DNA of 60,802 bases, filler included. It is 5 parts of 5 records of this genome, joined end to end, with 100 filler letters (N's around TTAATTAATTAA, not from the genome) between each part and the next. Parts side by side here need not be neighbours in the genome. Positions count along the whole stretch, not along the records: positions 1 to 20,076 come from DRR378314_520; positions 20,177 to 34,954 come from DRR378314_523; 3 more parts are not named here. One strand, written 5' to 3'. The notes under the pieces were generated by a model, which saw only the letters and a program-made list of their open reading frames with translations, had not been told where the DNA came from and made no database searches. The position numbers were made by a program, and so were the translations under genes. Numbering within the stretch: the stretch's first letter is position 1; the number at the start of each line of letters is the position of its first letter. Positions 13,441 to 24,123 of the stretch are shown in pieces.

Positions 13441-15993
13441 ATGAATACTAAGCAAAATGAAGGTGCTAGGAGACCGCATATTACTGTGCAATCGTCGCCG
13501 ACAGATTCTTGCTCGTCTCGCGCGACGGTCGACGAGCCTGACCCCGAATCTGCAAGCCCGCGCTCGCGTCGGCCGGGATCCCTGCTCATTCCTGTTCACC
13601 CACCAAGTCCTTTGGTGATTCCAGAACGCCATATACAGGAAAGCGCGTATGTGCGAAGACTTCACGAAGCGGTCGCTGCGATGACTCTGCCGCCGCGCCA
13701 ACCGCTTTGGGAAGATACGGAGTTGGCAAGCGCGCTCTTTGAACGTCGGCGCAGTGTCAGCAGTATTACTGAACCGCAGCCGGGACCGGAGCGCACGGGA
13801 GCGCTTGCGCGCCGCGGCAGCTTGCCGATCTTGAAGCACATACACGCAAATAGTTCGAGCTCACCAGCACCAAGGGCGGAAAGAATCCCATTCACGCCGT
13901 CTTCGTTGGGAACTAGTGGTACACCTGCGTCAGGAGCGCATGGTGGAAGTCAGCTGAGACGCGCCGTCGTCACCTCGCCGGCGTTGCAGCAGCAGGACGG
14001 GCCGGACGAGGTGCTGCAAGGGAACGAGCCTGCGTCCTCGCAGACCTCTTCTGCGGAGGAACCTGTCTTGAGAAATGCGCAACAGACTGGGGCAAAGCAA
14101 AAGACTTCAGTCAGAGTATCCATGATCGATGGAAATGCACAAGAGGGTGCAGGAAGAAGGGAAAGGCGATCATTTTCGCGCTCGAGAAAAGCACGGTCCG
14201 GGACGTTTTTCTTTGGCGATTCGTCGTTTCGGCGCAAACTGTTTGGAACGTTTGGCGATCTTGACGAAGAACACGCGCGCGATGGCAGCGGTGATGGTGA
14301 TCACAAAGTTCCTTTTTATTTCCAAGTGTTACCCAGTGATCACATTGTGCATGTTGGTGTGAGCATTGTTGTACTTTTGTCACTTTTATGGGTGCTAGCG
14401 GGACTTCCTTTTGCCATCGCATTTGGCGCAGACGGCGTGGGATCCGCGTGGCTTGCAGCGCTTTCCGCACTGTACACTGTGGACTGTTTGGTTCGCTGCG
14501 TGACGAACCAAAAGACAATGGGGCAAGAAAAGGAGACTATTTTGCAGCCAACTAATATTTGTCATTATGCTCGAACGTGGATGGTCATCGATCTTGCTGC
14601 GGCGATTCCGTGGTGGGCGCTGCCTGGATCGTCGCGCGGCGTTGCGCTGTTACATGCGCTGAAGCTCGTCCGCCTAAGCGCGGTTTTCGACGGGGCGTTT
14701 AGCAGGCTTGACATGCGCTCCTCAGGCCGTGTGATGGTGGGAAAGTACTTGCGCGTGTTGCGGCTTGCGCTCTTTATTATGTCGTTTGCGCACTGGGATG
14801 CGTGCCTGTGGTACTACATGTCTCGCGCGGAGGGTTTCGGCAAGAGCACGTGGGCCGCGCAAGTTGGCCTGCTTGACGAGACGCCGCTGCGACAGTACCT
14901 GTTCTCGCTCTACAATGCGCTGGGCCTTATGCTCAGCGTCGGGGTCTGGGGAAATGTTCATCCGGAATCCACGCCTGAGCTTCTATTTACGCTCGTGAGC
15001 ATGGTTGCAGGCGCCTCCATGTATGCCTTCTTCATCGGCTCCGTTTCGTCCCTTGTGATGAATCTCGATCCGTCGCGCGTGCTGTACCACCAGCGCGAGG
15101 ACATGCTCGTGGCGTACATGGCGCACCGCAATCTTCCCTCGGCGCTGCAGCGACGCATCGCGGCTTACTTCGAGTTTCGGTGGCGCGGGAAAAAAGTATT
15201 TGACGAGCGCCAGCTGCTCGCTGAGCTGAGTGACGGGCTGCGCAAAGAGGTGCTGTTGCACATGTGCCGCGACCTGGTCGAGGCGGTTCCGTTTTTCCAA
15301 GGCGCCAAGCAGGGGTTTCTCACGTCCGTGATTTCTCTTCTGCGGCCGCAGTCGTGCGCTCCCGGAGACTTTGTTATTCACCAGGGCGAGACGGCTGAGG
15401 ACATGTTCTTCATTGGCAGCGGGAGGCTCGCGGTGCTGCGTGACGAGAAAACCCTCACTATCCTCTCAGAGGGCTCCTACTTTGGAGAGATGGCGCTGCT
15501 GTTTGGCTCGAAGCGCTCTGCGTCCGTACAGGCGCTGACGTTTGCCGACCTGTACGCGCTGAGCCGCACCGACTTTGACCTCTTGCTCCGTGAGTATCCC
15601 GAGATGGACGCGGCAATGCGCCAGGTCGCAAAGCGGCGCCTCCGGAATACGCATGCGATGAGTGCTGCAGCAGAATCAAAAGCTGCTAAGCAAATGGACG
15701 GCAAGGATTCCAATGTGGTGCACCCGAGTGACGGCACAAGGCCGCACACGCCCGTGTTCATCGGCTCGGCAACCGCGCGCGCCGTCGCGGAAATGGCCGC
15801 AGACTCGCCACGCACGCTGACGAGCCCCATGTCAGACACCGACACGGACGTTTCGCCACACAACCAAACGCCGACTCCCGGTCGCACCAAGATCATTCCA
15901 TTTGGGCCGAATGACGAGTTGCCACGGGCGGGAGAAGTCGCCGGCGGTGGCGGCGCAGTGGGCGCCGAAGAAGTGGCTGTGGAAATGGCGTAG
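13441..15993 (+). CDS. Cyclic-nucleotide-binding-domain cation channel (HCN/KCNH/CNG superfamily), 850 aa, single exon
   Basis: Six hydrophobic segments; pore helix YLFSLYNALGLMLSVGVWGNV; C-linker YMAHRNLPSALQRRIAAYFEFRW...FDERQLLAELSDGLRKEV; CNBD with phosphate-binding cassette GSYFGEMALL...KRSASVQA. Confidence 0.95.
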   Translation: MNTKQNEGARRPHITVQSSPTDSCSSRATVDEPDPESASPRSRRPGSLLIPVHPPSPLVIPERHIQESAYVRRLHEAVAAMTLPPRQPLWEDTELASALFERRRSVSSITEPQPGPERTGALARRGSLPILKHIHANSSSSPAPRAERIPFTPSSLGTSGTPASGAHGGSQLRRAVVTSPALQQQDGPDEVLQGNEPASSQTSSAEEPVLRNAQQTGAKQKTSVRVSMIDGNAQEGAGRRERRSFSRSRKARSGTFFFGDSSFRRKLFGTFGDLDEEHARDGSGDGDHKVPFYFQVLPSDHIVHVGVSIVVLLSLLWVLAGLPFAIAFGADGVGSAWLAALSALYTVDCLVRCVTNQKTMGQEKETILQPTNICHYARTWMVIDLAAAIPWWALPGSSRGVALLHALKLVRLSAVFDGAFSRLDMRSSGRVMVGKYLRVLRLALFIMSFAHWDACLWYYMSRAEGFGKSTWAAQVGLLDETPLRQYLFSLYNALGLMLSVGVWGNVHPESTPELLFTLVSMVAGASMYAFFIGSVSSLVMNLDPSRVLYHQREDMLVAYMAHRNLPSALQRRIAAYFEFRWRGKKVFDERQLLAELSDGLRKEVLLHMCRDLVEAVPFFQGAKQGFLTSVISLLRPQSCAPGDFVIHQGETAEDMFFIGSGRLAVLRDEKTLTILSEGSYFGEMALLFGSKRSASVQALTFADLYALSRTDFDLLLREYPEMDAAMRQVAKRRLRNTHAMSAAAESKAAKQMDGKDSNVVHPSDGTRPHTPVFIGSATARAVAEMAADSPRTLTSPMSDTDTDVSPHNQTPTPGRTKIIPFGPNDELPRAGEVAGGGGAVGAEEVAVEMA

Positions 15994-16256
15994 CTATTGC
16001 GCAGCCTGGCGCTATGCTCAAGCCAGCACCGCAGCCTTGCGCTGGAAAGCTTGTGTACCAAGCATACATTCCTGTGAAACATATGCTAGCGGGGCCCTTT
16101 TCGGTGCCAGGCCACCTTGGGTATGCGGTGTAGTGCTTACGTGGCGGAAGAGGTTGCCAAGGGACCGCGCCTGACGAGGTGCGGCGGTGATGTTCGCGCG
16201 TAGGGCATTCATGCATGTATAAGCGCCTCGCGCGCACCGCGGCACCAGCGGCGCGC

Positions 16257-19200
16257 CTACGAGAGCAAGAAGGCGTTCTGTCCCTCGCGCATCGCCTGCA
16301 GAAGCTTGGCACGCATAATCTCTCTCTTATTTGCATACTCGGGAAGCTTCAGATAGTTAGTGCACGTTCCAGCACTTGGGAGCGACTCGAGCTCCGGTTC
16401 ATCGGCCTCAGCAGGCTTCCGCACGACGGTCATTGGCGGGTGCAGCGCACGCAGCCCGCCCACAGGAAGGTTCGGCGAGCCCGTGGCGAACTGCAGGAAT
16501 AAACGCCGTTCTTCGACCGAGAACTCGCTCAGAATCGAAAGAAGCAGATTTACTGCCTCGGAGCTGCTAGAATACCCGTGGTCGGCTCGGATCGCACCGC
16601 GCAATGCTTCGATTTCCCATTCGGCATCGCCGCCTGTGCCGTCGCCACATGCGACGCGCTCAAGCTCCTCGGCGGAGAATACCAGCAGGTACTGCAAGAC
16701 AGAAGCAGGGGCGCACACGGAGGGAATAAATAGAGAAGAATAAACAAGTTGCATTCTCTTTCGCATACCGCATCACCGCTGGGGGTGCGGAACCAGCGTG
16801 CGCGCAAGGTGGTGGCGTACATGCTGAGCACGGGTAAGACAATACGGGCGCCCGAGGGCGAACCGCATCTCCCCCTTACAGCACCGGCTACGCCGGGCGC
16901 GTGGCCGCGACAGCACGTACCTCGAGAGGGAAGATATCGTTGATTCCGTCGCGCAACGCACTCATCTGGCGCGCAACACCTGAGCCAGCGACCGTGTCTT
17001 CGAGTGCTTCGCAGTACGCGGCGACATTCTCGCGCGTCACTTCGCACTGTTCTCCGCCGGCGATGAGCGGCGCGCCAGATCCCGGCATGACAAACGTGAG
17101 CGCGAGGTCCGCCGGGTCGCCTGCGGACGCATCACCTGCTGCCATGCGCTTTAGCAGCTGCAGCGATGAGGCCCAGTGGGGCTCAAGCGCACCCAGTACA
17201 TCAGCAGCTGTCACATGCTCGCCCATCAGGAGACGCAGCGCGGGCAGCGCAAGCGGAAAGTCGATTTGGCGCGAGTCCATGAGCGCACGCCCGAGGAGGC
17301 GACCGGCGAATCGCAGCCACGCAAGGCGGCGCTGCTGCTCCTCCGGAGACGGGTAACACAGCGTGAATGGCTCCGGGTAGAGGCCATTACGCGCTGGCAC
17401 GTATGCTACTCCGGCGCTGTCCGGGCCGACGCCCGATTCCAGCGCCGCCCCCGACCCCCACCATAGCTGCAGCTCAGCGCGGCGCAATTCACGCGCGACA
17501 AGCGCGTAGAACTCCAAGGTCGGGCCGAGGCCTGTGCCCGCTTCGCCATCGAATTGGAACTCGAGCACCGCGTGGTGGCCGCCCAATAGCCGCATCGCAC
17601 GGCGAGCAGACTGAAGCAGTGTGGCCCGAGACACGCGGACGCGGCGGCGCGGGATACGACTGATCTGAACGCGCTCCGATGAGCCTGCTGCTGCCGCCGC
17701 GCCGCTGCGCGGGGCCTCGAGCGACGATTCGCTTTGCGTACTATGCAGGCCACGAATCGTGCCAAACGATGTGGCGCGGAAGTAGCGCAGCCGCACTGCA
17801 AAAGGCAGCAGCGGCCGACACGCTTCTGCCAGCGCGCGGCACCAAGGCGGGAGCGCCTGCGCTGCCAGAGCGAGCGGATCGAGCAGCTGGCGCTCGAGGC
17901 GCGCGCCGAGCTGCGCGGAAGACTCGGGCGGGTCTTCTGTTGCCACGGTGTGCTTGCCGCTAGCGCCGGCTAGTGCGCAGAACGCGTATTCCAGAGCGCG
18001 CAGAACGGCCAACGCATCAGCAACACAGTCACCAAATGCGACCAGGGCCTGCGGGAGGCGGCGGCCGGGCCCAACGGGCTCTTCGGCGGCAGCGGCGGCC
18101 GGCTCCGGCACCCCGCCTGGCGGCGTAGCCTCGTCGTCAGCCGGCTCGGCATCGGCGTCGTCCGCCATTGCGTCCTCGGACACAACATCCACTGTCACAT
18201 CGGCTTCGTCGGCGTCCGCACCCGCGAGCGCGTTCGACTCCGCGGCGGAAGGATCACTGCTGTTACTGCTGCTATCACCTTCCGTGACACGACTCGCGTA
18301 CGCGATCGTCGCGCGCGCAGCTCTTCGCGCCGCTGCAGCGCGTACGGCGTCGGGGCGCAGACTATCGAGCTGGCCGAGGTCGTAGTCGTGCGGTGGGAGC
18401 GGCGGCAGCGAGTCCAAAGGGACGTATTCCAGCGTTGCCGGTGCGGTCCACACGGAGCTCACCGCCTTGGTCGAAGAAGATGCGCCGCCGCTCTCGTTGC
18501 TCGTGGCCTGCCCCGAGTCCGCTGCCAGCGCAGCGCGGTACGCCAGGGAAAGCACAGTAGCGTCTGGGTGCGCGTCCTGTCCGGCAACGCGGAACAGGAG
18601 GAAGCGCCGGCGCGGCGACGGTAGACGATTGCGCAGGAACGCCGACACGAGGCGCACCTGCGCAAGGGCGTCGATCATGATCATCAGGTCAGGAAGTGGG
18701 TTTCCATCATTGCTGTCCTGCGCAGCGCTAGTGAGGCGGATGCGCAGCGGGCGAGCCAGCTGCCGCAGTGCGCTGCTCGCTGTCAGTCGCTGATCCGCCG
18801 ACGTCGCAGGAAACGCGCCTGAAGCTGCGACAACGCGATGGAGCGCTGCCGCAAGCGCAATGCGCGCGCCAGGGCGCGCAACGCAAGCGCGAGCGAGTAC
18901 CTGCCCACGCGACGCGCATTGTGCGCTGGGCCCGTCTGTGGGGCACAAGAACGTAGCTAGCGCGCGGACAGCACCAGAGACGATGAGCTCGTGCGTCGTG
19001 ACCGCATCTTCGCGCAGCAGCGCGTCGAGCAGTGCGCCGATCGCAGCCTCGCCGTCGTTGGGCGACGAAGAGCTCGCAAGCGTTGCAGCTGCCTGTAGCA
19101 GCTCCTGTGAGGTGGCCTGCGTAGCCAGGAAATCGCGGACCTCTGCGTCCGACTTGCCCATAAATCGCACGCAGAGTGCTTCCGCGCGCGCCTTACACAC

Positions 19201-20076
19201 CGCGCATTCCATACTTGAGCCTTTGGGCTCTTCGGTCACGCGGCTGACAGCCACCGCACCCGCGCTGCCGGGCGCTGTGGTGCGCCCTGCGAGCTCTGCG
19301 ATCCGGTGTGCAGCGCCCTCGCGACACAGCCACGTGCCGTAGATAGAGGGCAGCTTGTCGACCAGCGTATCGGCTATGTGCAGCGCCACAATACGGCGGG
19401 ACACGCTGCGAGAAGCCAGAAGCGAGGTCACAAAGGCCGACATGGGCACGTTGCGTAGCAAAGCGACAAGCTCCTGCGACGGGAGCGCCACCAAGACTCG
19501 CGTGACAAACACAAGGCAAAGAGGGCGGACAGGAGTTCCGTTGACGCCAGGCGCATCGTACACTCCCATCACACGCGTAAGCAGCGCCTCGCAGAGGCCT
19601 CCTGCGTCGATGCCATCCTCGGCGCTGTACACAGGGTCCAAGGCACGCGTTCCCGGGCCCAGCAGTGCAAGCGCATTGCCAGAGAAGCGAACAACGAGCG
19701 CCGAGCGCGCAGCTGCATCGTCGGCAATTTGCCGCGTGGCCATATCGCGCGCGACTTCGGCCCGAGCTCCCTCGCCTTCGCCGCTGTCGCTCTGGCTCCT
19801 CCCTCGACCGCGGTGTTCGTCGCCACTCGCCATCAGCATGGCCTCGAAGCTGTGGTCGTGCTCGTGCAGATCCTCGCCTTCACTATCCATGTCACTTCCG
19901 CCACTCATTCCGATTTCGTGCATGAGACCGCCGGGACCATCGTCGACAACAAACCCTGCGTCATCATCGTCATCGTCATCGTCGTCGTCATCGTCGTCGT
20001 CGTCGTCGTCGTCGATTTCGACGTCTTCGTCATCGATATCACCATCGCTTATCTCATCTTCGCTGACTTCATCGTC
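16257..20076 (-). CDS. HECT E3 ubiquitin ligase, TRIP12/UPL3/UFD4-like; 5'-truncated at contig edge; exons 16921-20076 and 16257-16691
   Basis: Motifs QLLDPLALAAQALPPWC, LEFQFDGEAGTGLGPTLEFYALV, FLQFATGSPNLPVGG and catalytic LPSAGTCTNYLKLPEY, with C-terminal GQNAFLLS*. The GT-AG intron 16692-16920 joins IFPLE to YLLVFSAEELE in frame. Confidence 0.95.
19961..20015 (-). repeat. (GAY)n trinucleotide run encoding a poly-Asp tract in the HECT ligase
   Basis: The plus strand reads tcatcatcgtcatcgtcatcgtcgtcgtca..., giving about 18 consecutive Asp codons on the minus strand. Confidence 0.9.
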
Positions 20077-20176
20077 NNNNNNNNNNNNNNNNNNNNNNNN
20101 NNNNNNNNNNNNNNNNNNNNTTAATTAATTAANNNNNNNNNNNNNNNNNNNNNNNNNNNNNNNNNNNNNNNNNNNN
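20077..20176. other. Artificial contig spacer
   Basis: N44 + TTAATTAATTAA (stops in all six frames) + N44. Confidence 0.99.
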
Positions 20177-23100
20177 AGAAAACGTGAATGGATGACATCC
20201 ATAATTTGGTCTTATGCCGAAAAAGCACAGCGTGTACCTCAGAGAAAGCTTGGCCAGAGGGGTTCCTCGATTTGTAGTCGCAAGGGCAGAGCCTCCTGGC
20301 GAAGCAAGTGCAAGCCAAAAGAGGACTTTCAACGCAATAGAGGGCCCGCATGAAAACGTACTACTTCTGCGCTTCTCCCTCCGACTTTTTCAATCTTTCG
20401 CGCTCGCGCGTCAACGTATTTCGGTGTCGTTGCCTTTCCCGCTCGACTTCTTCTGTGGCGGTTTTCAGCTGCTTTTGTAGCTTGGTTGCGCGCTGCTGCT
20501 CCGCTTGCAACTTCTTCCGCATCTGTTCGGCTTCTCCTTGGTCCCTCTGTATGCGACCGGAGAGGGTTTCCTGGCAGCGTCGTCATTGGGACACGGTTTA
20601 TCCAACAGCCAAGAAGAATCGGTAACATGCGAAAACAGAGATGCTTTAGAAAGACATGAAGAGCGAGAAGAGTTTAGAAGAAAGTGGCAATATATCCATA
20701 TGCAAACGTGCAGCACGTTGTTTTTCCGCGTCGCAGCTTAGTACAACAGCTCTGTGCGGTTATATTTTCTATTATTATTTGAGGATCGTTCCACCGGTGG
20801 CTTTTAACACATATTATGTTGTGAATTGTGAGACCTACTTTATCAGCAAGGAGCTTTGCGATGGTAGTCTCGTGCGTCTCGACGAGTGATTTTGCTTCCG
20901 TGATACGCTGCTCGAGCGCGGAGAGGTTCGCACGTGTTGCACTGTGCGCCTCACGCTCATCGCGCACTTCAGCGCGCAAATCTTCGCTTTGCTTTTGGAG
21001 GTCGTGTACCGATTGCCGATGATGAAGTATCTCAGTGCTCTTTTCCTTGCTTTCTGCCTCTAAGTTTTTAATGAGCGCAACATGCGTATCTCTTGCTCGT
21101 ATGAGATCTTGGTTGCGCGATCGAAGCTCCTCAGTTTCCTCCGACAATCGCGAAACCTGCTGTGCCAGGCTGTCGCGTTGTTCGCGAAGACTCTCGATGG
21201 CACGTTCCCTGGCTTCTGCGAGTTGATTTATGTCATGTAGTTGTTCCTGTGCAGTTTTCCGCAGATCTTCTTCCTTGGACAGATCGGCTTCGACTGATCG
21301 CAATAGCACCGAAAGTGTTTCAAACTCCTGCAGTTCGCAGTATCGCAAGAGGTCAAAGAGCGGGCCGAAATCGGGCGTCTGCCTTTGGGATTGGAATGGT
21401 TCGGTGAGACAAATACAGGGCGCCATACGCAATACGCAGCGAGTTTATGTCCGTGAAGAGGAACGATTAACTTGATTAGGATACGTCCTGCTTAGCAAGC
21501 ATGGGAGAACGGGCAGTGCAGGATCGACTGCTCCGCGGAAATGCTGCTGCGTACAGGTACGCTACACTGTGCCATCCATCCGGGCCACTGTAGCGGTCCA
21601 ATGAAACCTAGTCGCCCCCGTCGACCTTCTGCCGCAAACTTTGTAAGAGAACCTTAGGTGCAGGCTACGCATGTTTTCATGCAAATGTGCGTATGAGGTT
21701 GTCTTTTTTAAGCCCACCTGGTTCTTCTTTGCGAGCGCCTCCTCTGCTTCACGCACGCGCACGCTTTGCGCGTGTATCGTTCCATTCCTTTCTTCCATCG
21801 TCTCGTGCAGCCTGGCTTCTCGACTCCGCAGAGAAGACAGCAGGTTCTTCTTCCGATCAAGCTCGGCTTTGTGCTGCACAGCCGGTACATTCAAGCCGAC
21901 ACAAAATCATGTTACGCAATCACGCCGCTGCAGTTGCCGATGGCCGCACGGGAGCACTGCGCGGTGCAGTATTCTTCCACCTGGGGATAGCCAGGGCTGG
22001 CGCATCGTTTTCGTCCCTACATACAATATGCTTTACGGTCTCCGATGCCGAGCACCCAAATGGAAATAAAATATTTCACGTGCCGAGGAAACTACGTAAA
22101 AACGCTACTACAGTGTCGGTGCTTCCTTGTTTGTTGGCTTGCACGTGTGTTGCTGCTAGCTGTTCAAACTGCGGGGAAAGCGGAAACCGCGCGAATAGGT
22201 TGCGCGCACAGCACGACTGGTCGGATCGGCGGGATGGTCTGCGTTGCCCACGGCGAGCTCCTCGACGGCCTCTCTGCGGCATCCACGGAGACCCTCCGCT
22301 GCGTGCGTGATTTGGAAGGAACTGGTTGCTCCCAAGTGATCCGTTGGATATTTTGGCTATGAATACCAACAACTGCGCAACTATAAAAAGCACGTGGGCC
22401 GCGGTTACAAGTATCCTGCAATCCGTTTCTTTGGCTGCAATCATTTCCCCCTGTCCCCCCCAGTTCCCAAGCCGTGCGTTTGTGGTTAATGCAGCAATCA
22501 AGGTGATCGCGTCTACTTCGTCACTGACCACGTTGCGCCTTACCGTCTTCCTTTCTTGCTCTTGCTTTTCTCCAAGAATATCAAGATCTCGCTTTGCATC
22601 TGATAGCTCCGCTTGTAGAGTCACTGCGTGTGACATTTGCTGTTCGAGAAGTTTGCGGAGAGCGGCCAGCTGCGACTCCAGCTCGTCGCTATGGCGAAGC
22701 GCTCGCTGGTGCGCCTGCTTTGCTTCGTCAAGGAGGGTCTCTAACGTTCTTATTTGCGCTTCCATGCTGTGGTTTGGAGATATACGCATCACGAAATCGA
22801 TAAGAGAAATGTGCACGGAAGGAGGAAAGGTACAGCAAGGTATGAGAGCATGCGGGGGCGTTAAAGGGCAGGCGGTATCCGGTATGGAACAGGGCATCGG
22901 TCTGCGACATTATCTGAGCACCCCCGCTCTTCGTATCGGGTAGGGTGGAAGCGCATGAGGAGAAACGGCCTTCACCGCATTCGAATTTCACTGTCTATAT
23001 GTAAATTCCGTAGAGTTCGCACGAAATGATGGCGGTGTGTCAGTCTATTCTCTTTCCACAGCGCTTCTCCGCAAGCGTGGTTGCGGCCCAACGAAAAGCA

Positions 23101-24123
23101 CAATGGTTTCTTGGATCCCACCTTCTTCGCTCAGTTGCATGCTGTTCTTTGTCGTCTTCGCGGGCGCGCTGCATTCGTTCGAATTGAACCCTGGCCTCCT
23201 TTTGGTCTGTTATGATGTAAATTGAGAGTGTACGAGAGAAGAGCATCACAAGAGCATGGCCTTTGTTGGCGAACGCTGTGCTTTTCCGGGAATCGTCTAA
23301 ACAAGATACACACGGCATGGGTTTCACTTGGAAAGCGTTGTGCTAGAGCTCAGGTCTTGGTATTGCTGACAATAGCTCAGTTCGTACATTCTGCCATGAT
23401 GGATAAAAATTCTGAGCGATCGACTTCTTCAATCAGGCGATTGAAACCTGACCATACTTTCGAGATAAGATCGGCCTTTCCTCGACAATGCCGTGTCAGG
23501 TCCTTTAGCGACTCGTGAAATCCGTGAGAAAAAACAAAGAGAGCGCGATACAGCCGGTCGATCGATTCCTTTTCCATGCCGGCAGCTGCCAGCTCCGGTC
23601 GCGATAGACCTATGCTGGATAATCCTCCAATGTGAGCAGAAATATTTTCATCACGTGCAGGGCTTCTTCCGGGAAGGACGAGAAATTCACCGCTGCGTGC
23701 ACTGCGCTGAGTACTTCGTTCGAGAAACTCGTTCAGCCATGCCTCTGCTACGGAACCGTCCCTTGCCGACAACATCGGGCGAGCAACGTGTGCGAACTCC
23801 GATTGTGCTTGCCTCGGCTCCTCGTACAGTTCTTCCGTCCGTAGTGTCCGGACAAAGATTGCACTTTCGTTGCCACTTGGAACGTTTGGCCCATTGGACA
23901 TGCCAAGCGAGCTCATGGTGTCGTCTGATAGGGCGACAGCATGCAGCTCTCGCGCACTTGTCGACGGAGTTTCCTCGGGCCCGCTCGTCCTGAGCTCGCT
24001 CAAGTGCAGTGTCTTGAAGTAGGGTGATTCTGCCGTAATGATGAAGCAACGCACATGACAACAGCCGCAGTACCCCATATGAACAAAGTATGTACGCATG
24101 AAAAGTCTTAGAATGACGCGCAT
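20177..24123 (-). CDS. Large multi-exon coiled-coil protein of unknown function; boundaries approximate, probably 3'-truncated
   Basis: Successive GT-AG-flanked minus-strand exons with heptad E/Q/R/K/L-rich translations, such as EAQIRTLETLLDEAKQAHQ, LREQRDSLAQQVSRLSEETEELR and QMRKKLQAEQQRATKLQKQ. They follow a globular-looking segment GLSRPELAAAGMEKESIDRLYRALFVFSHGF. Confidence 0.7.

Noticed and set aside
20121..20132. TTAATTAATTAA repeated four times as a biological repeat or PacI-type site
   Set aside because: It is always centred in N44 runs, which identifies it as a six-frame-stop assembly linker.
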